A stretch of 63,758 nt of DNA, counting the filler, from Asterionella formosa (lineage: Eukaryota): assembly GCA_002256025.1 (NCBI GenBank). It is 11 parts of 11 records of this genome, joined end to end, with 100 filler letters (N's around TTAATTAATTAA, not from the genome) between each part and the next. Parts side by side here need not be neighbours in the genome. Positions count along the whole stretch, not along the records: positions 11,641 to 17,358 come from NKIB01012952.1; positions 17,459 to 23,171 come from NKIB01012953.1; 9 more parts are not named here. One strand, written 5' to 3'. Positions 12,100 to 23,271 of the stretch are shown here, piece after piece. Every line of letters begins with the position of its first letter. Position 1 is the stretch's first letter. Under the pieces are notes generated by a model. The model saw nothing but the letters and a program-made list of their open reading frames with translations. It ran no database searches and was not told the DNA's origin. The position numbers were made by a program, and so were the translations under genes.

Positions 12100-13080
12100 T
12101 GGATTAACCCCTTTAGCTCCATGCAAAGATATCCCTAGCAATTGAAAAATAACCATCCATAGTGTTCGTTTCCCTGTCCAATGGATCCTCATTTACTGTT
12201 TGCGGGTCAAGTACCTGAATCCTAAGTTTTGCTTGCTTTACTAGAACCATTTGTATGCTTGAAGAAGTCCCTTTCTCGGTTTCTTTTCTCTTCCCTTTGG
12301 TTTTAGTCATGAAATATGTGCTTAGTTTTGTTTGTCCTGTTGCCGCAAATGTCCGCGATGCCATTACTAAGAAATCAGCTATCTCTAGGAATCCCCTCTA
12401 TTTCTATAATCTTGATTTCAATAGTATCTCTAGGTCTGTATTGAAAATGTGGCTGTCTTGATGACGGATTTCACCTTTGTCCTTGTATAGAACTTGAATC
12501 CCCTCATTTTGTGCCGATTGTGCTATTTCTAAGTTCTGGTCCTTGTTTAGCTCGTTGTTCCTCTTGTTCCAGCATGCCTCGGTAGTTATCTCCCAGGGAA
12601 TGCTTTTTATACCAATCACCCAGGAGAAAATACTGGTGTTGGAGCAAGTATTGTTAGTCCAAACCCTTTGTAACAAAAAGGTAATACATCATAATTCCAT
12701 AGCCAGGTAAAAATAAGCAAAAATTGGCAGAAAGTCTGAAGCATTACCAATGTGGCCATCAATGTGAAGGTTTCTCCAATGTATGTTTGGCTGTGTCACA
12801 ACAATGACAGGAGAAAGCAGTTTGTTGGTGTGCTGATCCAGCCCATCTGCACTCCTCTCCCCATTTTGACTGCCACAGCAACTTTCTTTGTTGCCCTAGG
12901 TACTACTTGACTGTGCCAAATAATTTGCACTGGACATTTGATACAATGGTTCCTCATCATTCTCAGTCAATTTCTTGCACATTCAACTAACTGGAGCTCA
13001 AAGTCAACTGCAAATTTCTTCTTGTCTCCCTAGAAAATGATATTGCCATCACCTTAATTTAAAACCATGACCCTTGAACT
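12100..13080 (-). mobile_element. Degraded 3' end of a non-LTR retrotransposon ORF (Ambal-like)
   Basis: Broken frames read Q..IHWRNL..G, W.KRNNEL, LYKDK..I..QD.HIF...LE.LL and GQTKLSTYF, resembling the C-terminus of diatom long non-LTR ORF2. Family assignment is inference. Confidence 0.35.
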
Positions 13081-14036
13081 TCCTTGGATCATCATCACGT
13101 GACTTCAGTTTCAGACCATTTTTCTTTGCTATTCTTTGCATGGTGTACATTTGTATTAATTAGTCGGAGTTGTATGCTGGTATACTTCTTGTACCGTCGT
13201 ATTGTTTTATATTTATACGGAATTGAGTGTCCGGCCGTTGGATATTATTTTCCTAATATTTACTTTTTATGATGTTCACTTTTGTGTGCGTATGTTCAGC
13301 ATACTGATATCCTTTCCACCAGCCATGCACCCGTTGGGTCCGAATTTGAAATGTGCGTGTTTAGCGGGTACTTACACAACTTATTATAATTAAATTAATT
13401 TAGTCGAGGATGCTTATGTAGGAGACCTTCGGAATATTTCCCATTTAGCAAAATATTTATTTCTAATTACATTTATGTATAAGGTTATACGTACTGAGAA
13501 ATGACTATTTACATTTTACAGCCATTCCCAAAAAGGTCCTTGGCTCCATATGGTATTTTTGTCCATTTAACTTGTTTGTATTGAAAGTTGACAACTGATG
13601 ACGATACATAATAATAAAAATATGCGTATAAAATACAGTCGCGTATATTCTTGCTTTCAACAATATAATGCAAGGATAAGTAACGTAACATAACAGTCGC
13701 TGGTACCGGCTCGGCTCAACGGACGGACACTGCAATAATGTGACTAAAGAGTAAACGAATGTGTGTTTCGCAAGGAGATTTGCCGAAGGGTGTGAGTGAT
13801 AGAACAACAGCAAGTAAACTTGTTATTTTTATACGTAAATGGGACCAACTATGATGAGGATGCACATGTTGATTGATTCCTATTTGCGATTAAGGAAGAA
13901 GGATCGAAAGAATATTTTTTTCAGACATCACACAGTAGAGACTATGAAACAATAAAATATGATCACCAAAAAGCGAGAAAGCGAACATTTCCGTAGGAAG
14001 ATCGAAACGGTGCCAACGCCGAGGCGCAATACACCG

Positions 14037-15491
14037 ATGGGCTCGTCCTTCCTCGTTCTGTTGTGCCTTTCATGGTCGAGCTGCCCTGCAAAGTCATTGA
14101 TGAGTGGACCACTAACTGATAAGGAAGAAGAGAAAGCTAAGCCGCATTCATCAGTAGGTCAACTTGCAGACTGGAACGAAAACAGTTTCCCGCATGGGGA
14201 GGCACAAAGCAACTCTGAACTGGCCCCTGATCGCACTGATTCACAAATCCCCGACCTTTCTTTCCTTAGATCTTCGTCGGACTGCAAAGATTGTGAAGTC
14301 ACTTCAACTTTCCTCACTGGGAGCTCGAATGTTTCCTCCATGTATGGATCGCCTGATGCTCCCGACGTCGGCGAGACTAATAATGACGCATTTATCAATG
14401 TATGGGATGCATTATCCATTGAATGTAGGTGTGAATACCCAGGAGAACGAAACGAAAGCAGCAGATATTCAGCTTTTAACGGCTATCATGTGGCTGACGG
14501 ATATACCATCCTTCCTTCCCAACATTCCGCTTGCCAAAATGTGCGGTTCATTTGTCCAGGAGAGCCTGTGGACGGACCATTGTGGAACTACGACTGCAAG
14601 GCCTACGACATGGACGAGTTGCATATGGTTCCACCAGGCATGAATAGCAGCTACATGCCATCATCCCATGATTCCAATCCGAATCCCCTTAGAATGGACG
14701 GAATTTCTCCAAATGATCCGTCAAAGGGGAATCCTTCCCGCCCTTTTGGTGAAACATCAACGTTCGACTCGATTCCATCCATAGTTATTCTCCCAACAAT
14801 TATGTGCCCAAATCCCGATTCTGTATCAACTAATGCCGCAGAAGATTCTGGAAATGGCTTCAAAAATAGTCCTTCACCAGCAGGCGAGTCGATTGCCAGC
14901 TGCAGTATTCGTTACATCGACTTTGAGGCTAGTGGGAATGGGTCAAGCCTATTAGGAAGTGACTACGTGCAGTATGAGTGGTTTGACCAGTACGGTTTAA
15001 CCATCGTGGCTTCACCAACTACAGGTGGTCACGCAAATGATGGGAAAGGGCTATTAGTTAATACTTCAAATACAAGTGATGATCCAAATCTTTTGACTCC
15101 AAACGAAAGCTGTGGGGGATACGGCAAAGGTGAAGGAGGTCGACTGGGAAATCCTGGTGCCAATTGCTTTCCGCTCGGAAATGTTTTAGTTATTCCACCA
15201 TCTGAACTAGATGGAGCTGACTCGAATGAAACTGTTGGGGACATTATGTTTGTCTTTGACAATCCTGTTGCTCACCTTTTCTCGATGGGCTTACTAAATG
15301 TTGCATCAATAAATACTGATTCTATTGAAATCAGTGTTGTCGGCATCAACCAACCATTCAGGTATGAATTTATGGGTCTTGGTGCTAACTCAGTGCAAAA
15401 CGTGACTTTTCATGATGTCCACGATGTCACCAAGGTTATTATCCATCTGGCAACAAATGAGGCAATCACTCATCTTGCTTTTTGTAACTAA
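14037..15491 (+). CDS. Putative secreted/cell-surface protein with Ser/Pro/Asp-rich linker and a C-terminal extracellular domain
   Basis: The ORF is open from 13959. A signal-like MGSSFLVLLCLSWSSCPA starts at 14037. The C-terminal domain reads IDFE...YVQYEW...YGLTI.A...DPNLLTPNESCGG.G.GEGG...GANC.PLGNVLVI. Confidence 0.6.
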   Translation: MGSSFLVLLCLSWSSCPAKSLMSGPLTDKEEEKAKPHSSVGQLADWNENSFPHGEAQSNSELAPDRTDSQIPDLSFLRSSSDCKDCEVTSTFLTGSSNVSSMYGSPDAPDVGETNNDAFINVWDALSIECRCEYPGERNESSRYSAFNGYHVADGYTILPSQHSACQNVRFICPGEPVDGPLWNYDCKAYDMDELHMVPPGMNSSYMPSSHDSNPNPLRMDGISPNDPSKGNPSRPFGETSTFDSIPSIVILPTIMCPNPDSVSTNAAEDSGNGFKNSPSPAGESIASCSIRYIDFEASGNGSSLLGSDYVQYEWFDQYGLTIVASPTTGGHANDGKGLLVNTSNTSDDPNLLTPNESCGGYGKGEGGRLGNPGANCFPLGNVLVIPPSELDGADSNETVGDIMFVFDNPVAHLFSMGLLNVASINTDSIEISVVGINQPFRYEFMGLGANSVQNVTFHDVHDVTKVIIHLATNEAITHLAFCN

Positions 15492-15620
15492 AATTAATTA
15501 CCTTAAATCCGGCCGGATAAAATACGTATCTTTGTTGTTCCGACCCAAATCATACATTGTGATTTAGTGGGGAATGCCTTTTCTTCGCATAGTTTCAGCA
15601 AAAATAAGATTCCGTCAGAA

Positions 15621-17015
15621 CTATAGAAGTGGCTCATTCATACCTTGATCAAAGGAGGCACCTGGTGTGAATATCCCTGGGTTTACATCTTCGTTGGTCT
15701 CATGGTCAAAATCATCGCTATGGTCCTGCACAGACTGATTTAATGGTGCCACAACCGATAACAATGCTCCATCAAACTCATCTCGATGTTGCTCATACTT
15801 GGCGTTTTGATATCGCTTCTTATTTGGTAAAACGTACAGCATGCACATATCAACAATTGTAGTTGCAACTGCTAGCAATCCCAAGGCTGTGGTCAAAGTT
15901 ATCATAAAGGCTACAATGTTGAATTGATGAAATTCCCCACTCATTAAAATTGCCAGTTTCACACCATGTGCATTGAGCAATGTCCGTGAGCTCCGATAAC
16001 TTTCATAAAACGGAATATATTGTTTGAAGGATGACCCAACAATAAATTGCGGTGAATAATAGTAATATGGTTGGACCAATCCTTGGTAGGGCCGGAAATC
16101 GGACCAATCTATGGAAAGGAGCAAGGTGGCACCTGTGTCACGATATGTTTGGCACGATGAAAGAGCCGTTACTCCATTGGGGTTGCAATCATCTAGATCA
16201 ACACCAGCAGCTTGCAACAGTACGTAGAGAGAGAAGAAGTCTTGATTTGTATCAGTTCGATTTGGTTGTATGTAACAAGGGGCACGCCCGATCTCCTTTG
16301 AATTATTCAGTTGATAGGATTTGCTTGTCGTGGTTTGTTGGTTCTTTCTGTATTCCATCTCACAGAGAGCGTCGCTCTTGGACAGTAATAATCCTTGGTA
16401 GTTTGAAGACTCAGATGCACATGCGTATCTGCTTAGTTGGTGACGACTCGTCGTCGAGCAAATCTTGGATGCAGTGACAGCGTGATCCAACAATATAGTA
16501 AATGCTTCACTTTGCGCAGTGTAAAATTTGTACTCCAAAGTTGTATCGTTGTAGGTACTGGGGCAATAATACTTGTCACTATTTTCAGAAGAACTACCGC
16601 ACACTAGAGTTTGGTTCTTGAGGGATCCACGCGTAATGACAACGATTGATCGCTCGTTGACTATTTGAGCATTGATCGCTTCGTAAATCTCGCATGGATA
16701 TGTGCTTCCCGGGTAATAATACTGAGTGGATGTATTCGAGAACTGAGTGCAATACGGCAACGTCGTCAAGGCTGAAAATGCATTGGTGCATCGATCGGAG
16801 GAAGGGTCGCAATTGTTCTTCGTTGGCTGTTGCAGGGAAAATCGCACCACACCCACGATTGAAGCCGATTCAAGCCATCCTCCCTGTCCTAGCATTTCGA
16901 AGATGACCACGTAGGCGATGATTCCAACGAGAAAGAGCGAACGTAGCAACCCCAGGCGCGCATCCTTGATGTGAACGTATTTGACAGTGTCGTAGGCGCA
17001 GATAAAATAGTTCAT
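15621..17015 (-). CDS. P2RX: P2X purinoceptor-like trimeric cation channel
   Basis: N-terminal YDTVK (YxTxK), TM1 after RLGLL, Cys-rich ectodomain, RTLL.AHGVK, TM2 GEFHQFNIVAFMITLTTALGLLAVATTIVD, and a YxxxK motif (YQNAK). Confidence 0.85.
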   Translation of the reverse strand: MNYFICAYDTVKYVHIKDARLGLLRSLFLVGIIAYVVIFEMLGQGGWLESASIVGVVRFSLQQPTKNNCDPSSDRCTNAFSALTTLPYCTQFSNTSTQYYYPGSTYPCEIYEAINAQIVNERSIVVITRGSLKNQTLVCGSSSENSDKYYCPSTYNDTTLEYKFYTAQSEAFTILLDHAVTASKICSTTSRHQLSRYACASESSNYQGLLLSKSDALCEMEYRKNQQTTTSKSYQLNNSKEIGRAPCYIQPNRTDTNQDFFSLYVLLQAAGVDLDDCNPNGVTALSSCQTYRDTGATLLLSIDWSDFRPYQGLVQPYYYYSPQFIVGSSFKQYIPFYESYRSSRTLLNAHGVKLAILMSGEFHQFNIVAFMITLTTALGLLAVATTIVDMCMLYVLPNKKRYQNAKYEQHRDEFDGALLSVVAPLNQSVQDHSDDFDHETNEDVNPGIFTPGASFDQGMNEPLL

Positions 17016-17572
17016 GATGATGGTACAGGTTGTATGTTATGTTACTCCTAATGAAAAGAATATATTTTTCATGTTCTGTAATAAAATGAGCAAGTTCTGT
17101 TTTCTGTCTTGTCATTTTTAAAACACATTATCAATATATTTCTAAATATAAAATATACTCTCTTTTATTGAAAATCATACATCATGGTTGAATTCACTTA
17201 CGGAAGTGGACAACAAACATAGTCCCACTTAAGCCCATTATCATCAGACAGGTTCCCATGGAGTACAGCCCAGTTTGGTTGTCAAATATGCATGGTCAAC
17301 ACAGATCAGAGTAATCCTAGGTGAACGTCAGTCCACTAAGGACTCTGACACATTTAGTNNNNNNNNNNNNNNNNNNNNNNNNNNNNNNNNNNNNNNNNNN
17401 NNTTAATTAATTAANNNNNNNNNNNNNNNNNNNNNNNNNNNNNNNNNNNNNNNNNNNNGAGCAAGCCATTTTGAGTATGAGCAAGCAAGTCTTGAAATAT
17501 TCCGGGAAATTCTATATAGTCATTCATGTCTAAACATCTTTTTATATAATGCACTGTTATTTATAACTGTAA

Positions 17573-17675
17573 AAAATTTGTGTTTGTGTTGACCAAATTT
17601 GGTAATCCTGGTAAGCACCTCGCCTCGGGGTGCCTACCAGGATTACCGTATTTGGTCAACACAAACACAAATTTT
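17573..17675. repeat. ~100-bp near-perfect palindrome/hairpin
   Basis: aaaatttgtgtttgtgttgaccaaat..ggtaatcctggta.gcacc.cg pairs with cg.ggtgc.taccaggattacc..atttggtcaacacaaacacaaatttt around a ~3-nt loop. Confidence 0.9.
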
Positions 17676-18530
17676 GGGGTTATGGGTACAACGATTTGTG
17701 TTATAATACACATGATATAATAATTTTTTATTATCAGAGCGCGCCCAGTATCTCTCCTTTTCCAGGCCGGTAGAATTTTCTTTAAAATATCACTGTTAAT
17801 TACCCTAACCTAGTTATTATGATTTGAAGAATATACCGATACTACCAAAACGAGATAAAAAATTCTGGAGCTGTTACACACGTAATTATTTTCCAATACC
17901 TTGGAGGTATTTTCTGTCCTCAGTAGAACACCGGTACCAAGGCCTACCAGAATTTCGGGACTACCGGTACTACCGTTATATACCGGTTAATATTTGCTAC
18001 TACACGCTACTTATAGTCAGTCTACTGGTTGGCTATTCTCGCTTTACAGATATTCCGGTATAATAAACCATGTACAGTGTAAAGTATCGGACACTTCCTT
18101 CTCCTAAGATACATACCTCTGCCGGGTACATATTCATGCTGGAGTATTTCATAGCTAAGAATATGTACGATATTCCGCTGAAGCTTCGGTTCACGTTCTA
18201 GCCAATCAAACTTCCGGCGAACATCAATCACCAACTGCTTCTTGTTCAACAGCAACTGGACGATGTGTGAGCAAAACCTTCGGAACTATATATCGACTTG
18301 TGTGGATAGATGAATACCGGTGGAATAGAGAAACAAAGAGGCAGCTACCGGTACGGGCACACACTCAATTCTTATAGTCTACCGGGTGTGGCTTCTGGAG
18401 CCTTTGAAAATTCATGCGCATTGAATACTAGTAGTACCTGGTACCGGTACATTGTATGATACGTACCGATGCGGTCGAGTTACCTGCACCCCACATTGCA
18501 TTATTTTTTGATAGAAAGGAAATTTCCGTC

Positions 18531-20610
18531 ATGGCCAAGTTTGCAGTAGCTCTTAGTGCTTTGCTCCTTGCGGGTGGTATCGACGCCTTTGCGCCTAGAT
18601 CTATGGAGAGGTAAGATACTTATAAGTTGGCTGGATCCGATGCAACTGTCGTAGTCCATTTGTAATGGACGAAGATTCAATTTTTGTTGCACACAGACGT
18701 GCTACATAACAAGCTTACTTGGGCCTTTTGGTACTGGCCTATCGGTAGAATGATTGAATCAGTTTACTTTCGGATGCTGTGAGTTATTTGTTAGATTTTT
18801 CAGGACGTGGATAGCACTGAGGAGTAGTATACTGCTGACTTGTCAGGGTTGAATTTGTAGTTCAATCGTTGCATGCTTTGACGATTGGGTTACAGTTCAG
18901 CAGGCTTTATGCTGTCGTTATTGAAGTGAGAGGAAGCATTAATCGCTCGACTGAGAGTATTACGGCTAAACTATGAGCGTTCAGTGATTTCTAAAGATTT
19001 ACATTCTGGTTGGAGTTCGATTTGCCGATCAAATAGACTTTTTATCCTTGACATTGTTCTGCCCAACTTGAAGCTAACTTTGTGATGAACAATTCAATTT
19101 AACAGGCTTTCCACTTCATGCAAGGTTGCTGTTTCCACTCCTCCTTCCAGTTCCAGCACTATCCCAGGCGGAGACTGGAACCCCAAAACATGGCAAAAAA
19201 AGGAAGCCCATCAAATGCCTGTTTATGACGATAAGGAAGAGCTCGAAAATGCTCTCAAAACGTTGGAGCGTTGTTCCCCTCTTGTCTTTGCTGGTGAAGT
19301 CAGGACCCTTCATGAAAACCTCGCCCGGGCCTGTTCCGGACAAGGATTCCTGCTCATGGGAGGTGACTGTGCGGAAGCCTTTAATGAATTCAACGTCGAT
19401 CACGTTCGCGACACTTTTCGTGTGATGTTACAAATGGCTCTCGTCTTGACCTTCGGTTCAGCGATGCCTGTTATCAAGGTCGGACGTATGGCAGGTCAGT
19501 TTGCTAAGCCTAGAAGCGAGCCCGACGAGGTCCGAGGCGATATTAGTCTACCTTCCTACCGTGGAGATATTATTAACCGCGAAGACTTTACCCCCGAAGC
19601 GAGACGCAATAACCCATACAACATGGTAGCAGCCTACCATCAGAGTGCTCAGACGTTGAATATTCTTCGCGCCTTTAGCACAGGTGGATACGCTGATATT
19701 AGTCGGTTGCATGCCTGGAATTTGGACTTTGTTGAACAAACCGAGGAGGGAAGCAGGTACGGTCGTGATGTTTCGGATGTGCTGATGTAATTTTCCACGC
19801 GTCGACACTTACCTAACATCTACTCTACCACCTAGGTACCGCAAGTTTGCCACTAAAGTCGATGAGTCACTTCGTTTCATGAAGGCTTGCGGTGTGAACA
19901 CTGCAAGTGCTGATTTCACAAAGACTGATTTTTTCACTGCTCATGAGTGCTTGTTGTTGCCTTACGAACAGGCTCTAACCCGTCAGGACTCTACCACGGG
20001 CCGTTGGTATGATTGCTCTGCTCACATGCTGTGGGTTGGAGAGCGTACTCGTCAATTGGAAGGTGCTCATTTGGAGTTTGTTCGTGGTATCGGGAATCCT
20101 TTGGGAATCAAGATTTCTGACAAGTGCACTCCAGATGAGCTCATTCGCCTCCTTGACACAATGAACCCAAATAATATCCCTGGACGATTGACTATTATTG
20201 TGCGAATGGGAGCTGACAAGCTTCGTAAGAACTTGCCAGGGTTGATTCGTGCTGTTCAGCGAGAGGGAAAGTCTGTGCTATGGATTAGTGATCCTGTTCA
20301 TGGCAACACACGAAAAACCGAAGGAGGATACAAAACCCGTGACTTTGACAAGATTAGAGATGAGTTGAGAGCATTTTTTGATGTCCATGATGAGATGGGA
20401 TCACATCCTGGTGGAGTTCACTTGGAAATGACTGGAGAAGATGTCACCGAATGTGTTGGTGGTTTGTCCGATGTTACTGAGAAGACCCTTGCTGAACGTT
20501 ACAACACCTACTGTGATCCTCGTTTGAATGGGGCTCAAGCTTTGGAGTTGGCTTTTTTAATTGCTGAGCGAATGCGTTTGAGAACTGGGCTTCCACCAAT
20601 CGACAATTGA
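18531..20610 (+). CDS. DAHPS: Class II DAHP synthase, plastid-targeted, 3 exons (18531-18610, 19106-19756, 19836-20610)
   Basis: [57 protein letters not shown] and CDPRLN. Exon 1 encodes [22 protein letters not shown], a signal peptide plus AFAP motif. Introns are GT-AG and preserve the frame. Confidence 0.95.
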
Positions 20611-23271
20611 GGGAAACAGAGAATGCTGTATACACACTGCAATCACAGTTGATCAATTATGCACCAATATCAATCAATGCTCATCCATAATTCCTACTTA
20701 AATACTCACTTTCAGGCAAGACCACGACCAATAGCACAAATAGGCCAGCATGCCAACACACTTTGAACAGTTAACCACTTTTGAAGAAATTGCAGTTCAT
20801 AGTGAATGACAATCAGAACAACTTGACAGGGAATAACACTGAATATAAATAATTTGTATAAGCTTTGATGAAGTGAATGAGAGGATGCTTTTATGTCAAA
20901 TACTGGTTAATTAATAAATGTACAACTAGCTTCACAATATTCGATCTTCGTATTTCGTGCACCGTAAGTTTCAGCCTTAATTGGGTTTCTAGTGCTACAT
21001 TCAAAGTAGTCAATATGCAATCCTACGTTTAGGTAACTTTGAAAAAAAGAACCTAAACGTAATGCGTTTGGGTAACGTATTGGGATATGGGCACGGAATC
21101 CCCTAAACGTTGATGCGTTTGCGTTGGGTTTTTCACTCCCGATAGCATCGTTTTTTAGGGTTACCGAAACCAAAACACTGTTTGGTGTGCGTTTTGGTCC
21201 ACCGTTAGCAACGGCCTCATCATTCAACCCTCTTCCTGTAGTTACCTTGGTACCAGGTACCAGTGGTACCTGATACCATCAGGGTACATATCCGCACCTT
21301 GATGTAACTTCACGTACCGGTACTGGTGCGCGGATGATAATATACCGGTATTTACAGAACCGAACGTATCTCCTATTACCTGGTACCTGGTATGTACTTT
21401 GAGTCCTGAGTATCCTCGATTTTGGAATTAAATATACCGGTAATACACATTTTTTTTTGATACTCGTTGTCACACCATGCTCAATGCATTGTTCTTTGTT
21501 TCATAAAAGCAGTCATAATCCATTTGACCAGTGGATATTGACGACAAATTTTAACACACTGATGGAGATCGAACGAAATGACCGCAAAAGACCTCGAAAG
21601 ACCGCAAAAGAACGGAGAACCCGGATATACGACGTATTTCTGCGGTCTTTTGCGAACTTCACGTTCTTTTGCGGTTTTTTGGGAAAACTTGATACGAGAT
21701 AGATTTTAGATAAAACACTGTTTTTGTATGTGACTTTTCGTACTTCGGATTTTCTGTCAACTTCCTGGAGTCTTTTCGTACTGAGAATTATTCAGCAAAA
21801 CATACCTATGCAAGACTCTAATTGTTTTTGCAGGTACAAATTCTAATTATAGGAGAACGTTTTTGCAGGTACAAATTCTGATTCCAATATTTTGGCGACT
21901 GTTGAAAAAGCAGATTGGGTCAACTTTTTGGAGGAGGGTTGCTCTACATCTACGGGGTTTTATGAAGAATGAAATAGATAGCCGTGTACCCTATAGCGTC
22001 AGGATTTAACTTCTGCAACGAAGTGGCAGTTATCTCTCAAAGATTTTTTTAAAAGCTTGATGGCCCCCTTTTTTGACTATTTTTTGGATAGTTACGATTC
22101 CAACAAGAGCCAGGGATAACTGCCACTTCTCTCCAGAAATGAGGTCCTTACCATATCTGGATATAGATCATACCCCTATGTTGAGGAATGATCATATTTC
22201 ATAAACAGGTGCATGGATGACTCTTCCCTTTCATTAGATATTCAGCCATGATGCGATAATTCTACAGGACCTATAGGATTGGTAGTCTGGTGGTCATCAT
22301 TTCCGCATTGTATATGTCAGTAGGAGTCATGTTCATTTGCATGCATGCTGTGATAGATCTTACAAGACATAAAAATTTGATAGCTTGAGGGTAATCACTT
22401 CCATATTGTATGCAGGGGGGGAAGGGTGCGTTGCATTCATGAGCAACTACTCCGGTAAAAACTATGATCTTTAATCAATAAATTTTGATTCATTCATCCT
22501 ATACCTTTGATCATAACATATTGATCATATGATAAATGGTTTCGTTGATGAGAAAATGAAAGATCGAAATTTATTTTCAGAAATCAGGATTAATTGATCT
22601 TTAAAATATGATCAAATGATAATAAACACATGAGCATATACAGTTTTCCGCTGCACTATTGTGGTGGTACTCCCATGATAGAAGTAATACCCAGCAAGTA
22701 TACAGTACTACCGGTAGGCCATATGAATTTTTCGAATGTATATGGTCAATGTGTTTATATACATAAATGTATGAATTAGACCATTTGAAAAATTGGTGAT
22801 GACTCCTGTTTATTAAGGGGCTTAATTTAATCAGCCACTGACTTGTAGGTACAAGAATTGACACAAAACAAATCGGAAAAATTCAACAGGTCATGGAAAA
22901 CTATGAACACATCATGCATTGTATATATTTGAATTATGTAAAATCAAAATTGATGTTAGTATACACAGGATGTACTGGATAATGACCGTGTTTAAAACTA
23001 TGCAAATATTCAACTATATATACATTTAAACTTACAAATCTTTATATATATATATATATATGTATTCATGGCTGAAACATTTGAAATCATGTTTTCATGA
23101 TCCTTGTCATGCATACACTTTGCTCCTGAAATGAAGGATCATCACACATGATGACGCGGAAAACGAAAGTGNNNNNNNNNNNNNNNNNNNNNNNNNNNNN
23201 NNNNNNNNNNNNNNNTTAATTAATTAANNNNNNNNNNNNNNNNNNNNNNNNNNNNNNNNNNNNNNNNNNNN

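Noticed and set aside
20907..21227. 106-aa ORF and other short antisense ORFs
   Set aside because: No recognisable motifs. They have non-ATG starts or overlap real genes on the opposite strand.
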